Assembly (NCBI GenBank): GCA_963741955.1 | Contig: CAVUKB010000007.1 | Location: forward strand, 32,001-96,000 | Source of the DNA: an uncultured Acidobacteriota bacterium | GTDB lineage: Bacteria > Acidobacteriota > Thermoanaerobaculia > Gp7-AA8 | Direction of reading: 5' to 3' | DNA: 64,000 nucleotides | In this document: positions 62,317-64,000 of the stretch, piece after piece | Layout of the letters: every line of letters starts with the position of its first letter | How positions within the stretch are numbered: the first letter of the stretch is position 1 | Program-made: the position numbers and the translations under genes | The notes under the pieces: model-generated | Told to the model about the DNA's origin: nothing | What the model saw: the letters and a program-made list of their open reading frames with translations, nothing else | The model's database searches: none

Positions 62317-62568
62317 TCAGGCGAGCTCGCGGAGTCCTTCTTCAGTATCCGGAAGGATCTCGTTGCGACGGTCCAGGCGCGTCGCGATCCAGGCGCCGTC
62401 CCGTCGCTCCACCTCGATGTAGATCGATTTCCACGGCCCGTCCGGAACGTTCTCACCGTAGCCGAAGCGCCGCCCCCTCCACTGTTCCTCGCTGATACCG
62501 CGATTGCGCAGCGACTCTTCCGCCATCTCGAACACTTCAGGCGCTCCCTTGTGATTACATCCGCTCAT
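62317..62568 (-). CDS. Small hypothetical protein
   Basis: 83-aa ORF with protein-like composition filling the intergenic gap. Confidence 0.6.
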   Translation of the reverse strand: MSGCNHKGAPEVFEMAEESLRNRGISEEQWRGRRFGYGENVPDGPWKSIYIEVERRDGAWIATRLDRRNEILPDTEEGLRELA

Positions 62569-62609
62569 TTCTCGATTCCTTCTGATGCTTTCGCGTTTTC
62601 GGACGACCA

Positions 62610-62690
62610 TCGGGGGACCATTCACGGGACTTCTGCTGCGGAGCGCGATCCGGACCCGTCTGCGGTGTCAGACCGTGAATAATCCGGGTT
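62610..62690. mobile_element. Internally deleted family-D element
   Basis: ..ATTCACGG-GACTTCTGCTGCGGAGCGCGATCCGG...TCAGA-CCGTGAATAATCCGGG; shares both ends with 41205-41376. Confidence 0.7.
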
Positions 62691-62792
62691 AACATCCGCC
62701 GTTCGCGTAGAAATTCGTCCGTCCCCTGAGCGCGCGGCTCTCCATGAAATGGAAACATCGCTCCAATCCGTTCCCTCAATCCGAGGTCATCG

Positions 62793-64000
62793 ATGAAACT
62801 GGAATTCCGGAGTCGCACCGTTCCTGTCGCGATGCTCGCCGCGCTGTCTCTCGTCGCGGCCTGCTCGACGGGCGTGCAGACGAGTCCCGCCGCCGCGCCG
62901 CCTCAACCCCTCACTCGGGCGCCGCTCGCTCGCGACGTTCACTCGTTCTCGAATCCGGCCGACGTCGTGGTCCGGCATCTCTCGCTCGATCTGAACGTTC
63001 GCTTCGCATCCCGGCGGCTGGCCGGAACGGCAGTTCTGACCATCGAGAACCTCACCGGAGCCGGCCACATCACTCTCGATACACGCGACCTCGACATCCG
63101 CAACGTGACGCTCGGCGAAGACGGCGAACCGACCCGCTACACGGTGGGGCAATCCGTTCCGTACCTCGGGCAGCCGCTCCGCATCGACATCCTTCCAGGG
63201 ACGAAGCTGGTGAAGATCGAATACGCGACGCAGCCCGACGCGGAAGCGCTCCAGTGGCTCACGCCGGAGCAGACCGCCGGAAAGAAGTCGCCGTTTCTCT
63301 TCACCCAGTCCCAGGCGATACTCGCGCGCAGCTGGGTACCGCTGCAGGACACGCCGAAAGTGCACATCACCTACGACGCGACCATTCACGTCACGCCCGG
63401 ACTGATGGCGGTGATGAGTGCCGGAGGAAATCCGATCCGCACATCGCCGGACGGGGTCTATCACTTCGACATGCCGGAGCCGATACCCTCGTATCTCCTC
63501 GCGCTGGCGGTTGGTGATCTCGAGTTCCGCCCCTTCGACGCGAGGAGCGGCGTGTACGCGGAGCCGGAGGTGATCGAAAAGGCGGCGTGGGAGCTCGCCG
63601 AGACGCCGGAAATGATCTCCGCCGCGGAACGGATGTGGGGTCCGTACCGATGGGGACGTTACGATGTTCTGGTTCTTCCACCGAGCTTTCCCTGGGGTGG
63701 GATGGAGAATCCACGCCTCACGTTCGTGACCCCCACCATCCTCGCCGGCGATCGTTCTCTCGTCTCGCTCATCGCTCACGAGCTCGCGCATTCATGGTCG
63801 GGGAATCTCGTGACCAACGCGACGTGGGACGACTTCTGGCTCAACGAAGGATTCACGACGTATCTCGAGCGCCGGATCATGGAAGACCTCCACGGTTCCG
63901 ACTACAGCGCGATGCTGGCAGCGCTCGGGAGAGAGAATCTCGACCAGACCATCACCCAATACGAAACCGACACCGCCGACACACGGCTCCACCTCGAGCT
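62793..64000 (+). CDS. M1 family aminopeptidase (LTA4 hydrolase-like), lipoprotein, partial at window end
   Basis: Own translation (absent from the ORF track): lipobox VAAC, DVHSFSNP, GGMENP, HELAH...NEGFT (HEXXH-18-E). Confidence 0.93.
   Translation, partial: MKLEFRSRTVPVAMLAALSLVAACSTGVQTSPAAAPPQPLTRAPLARDVHSFSNPADVVVRHLSLDLNVRFASRRLAGTAVLTIENLTGAGHITLDTRDLDIRNVTLGEDGEPTRYTVGQSVPYLGQPLRIDILPGTKLVKIEYATQPDAEALQWLTPEQTAGKKSPFLFTQSQAILARSWVPLQDTPKVHITYDATIHVTPGLMAVMSAGGNPIRTSPDGVYHFDMPEPIPSYLLALAVGDLEFRPFDARSGVYAEPEVIEKAAWELAETPEMISAAERMWGPYRWGRYDVLVLPPSFPWGGMENPRLTFVTPTILAGDRSLVSLIAHELAHSWSGNLVTNATWDDFWLNEGFTTYLERRIMEDLHGSDYSAMLAALGRENLDQTITQYETDTADTRLHLE

Noticed and set aside
62744-63517. 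257-aa ORF from the track
   Set aside because: Wrong frame; the real gene is the M1 peptidase starting at 62793 and running off the window.

Overview
GC-rich bacterial window, probably Acidobacteriota (Thermoanaerobaculia-like); this is inferred from gene types only. It holds about 46 CDS, mostly metabolic, transport and signalling genes. These include a long-form isocitrate lyase; a glutamate dehydrogenase followed by two PPDK-N (ATP-grasp) dikinase-like genes, one fused to a sensory domain and a nucleotidyltransferase, facing a metallophosphoesterase; a selenocysteine formate dehydrogenase operon (UGA + SECIS) with fdhD; a MacAB-type exporter; c-di-GMP enzymes and PilZ-like proteins; and several peptidases. 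Intergenic DNA carries one intact IS1182-family element and at least four families of short inverted-repeat elements (MITE-like A-D) that stack end to end at CTAG/CTGG sites, plus a 183-bp REP-like tandem array and two heptamer-repeat islands. The best candidates for undescribed systems are (1) the GDH / dikinase-like / NTase / phosphoesterase locus and (2) the CTAG-stacked composite MITE/IS family with a conserved internal hairpin scaffold. No rRNA, tRNA or CRISPR array was recognised.
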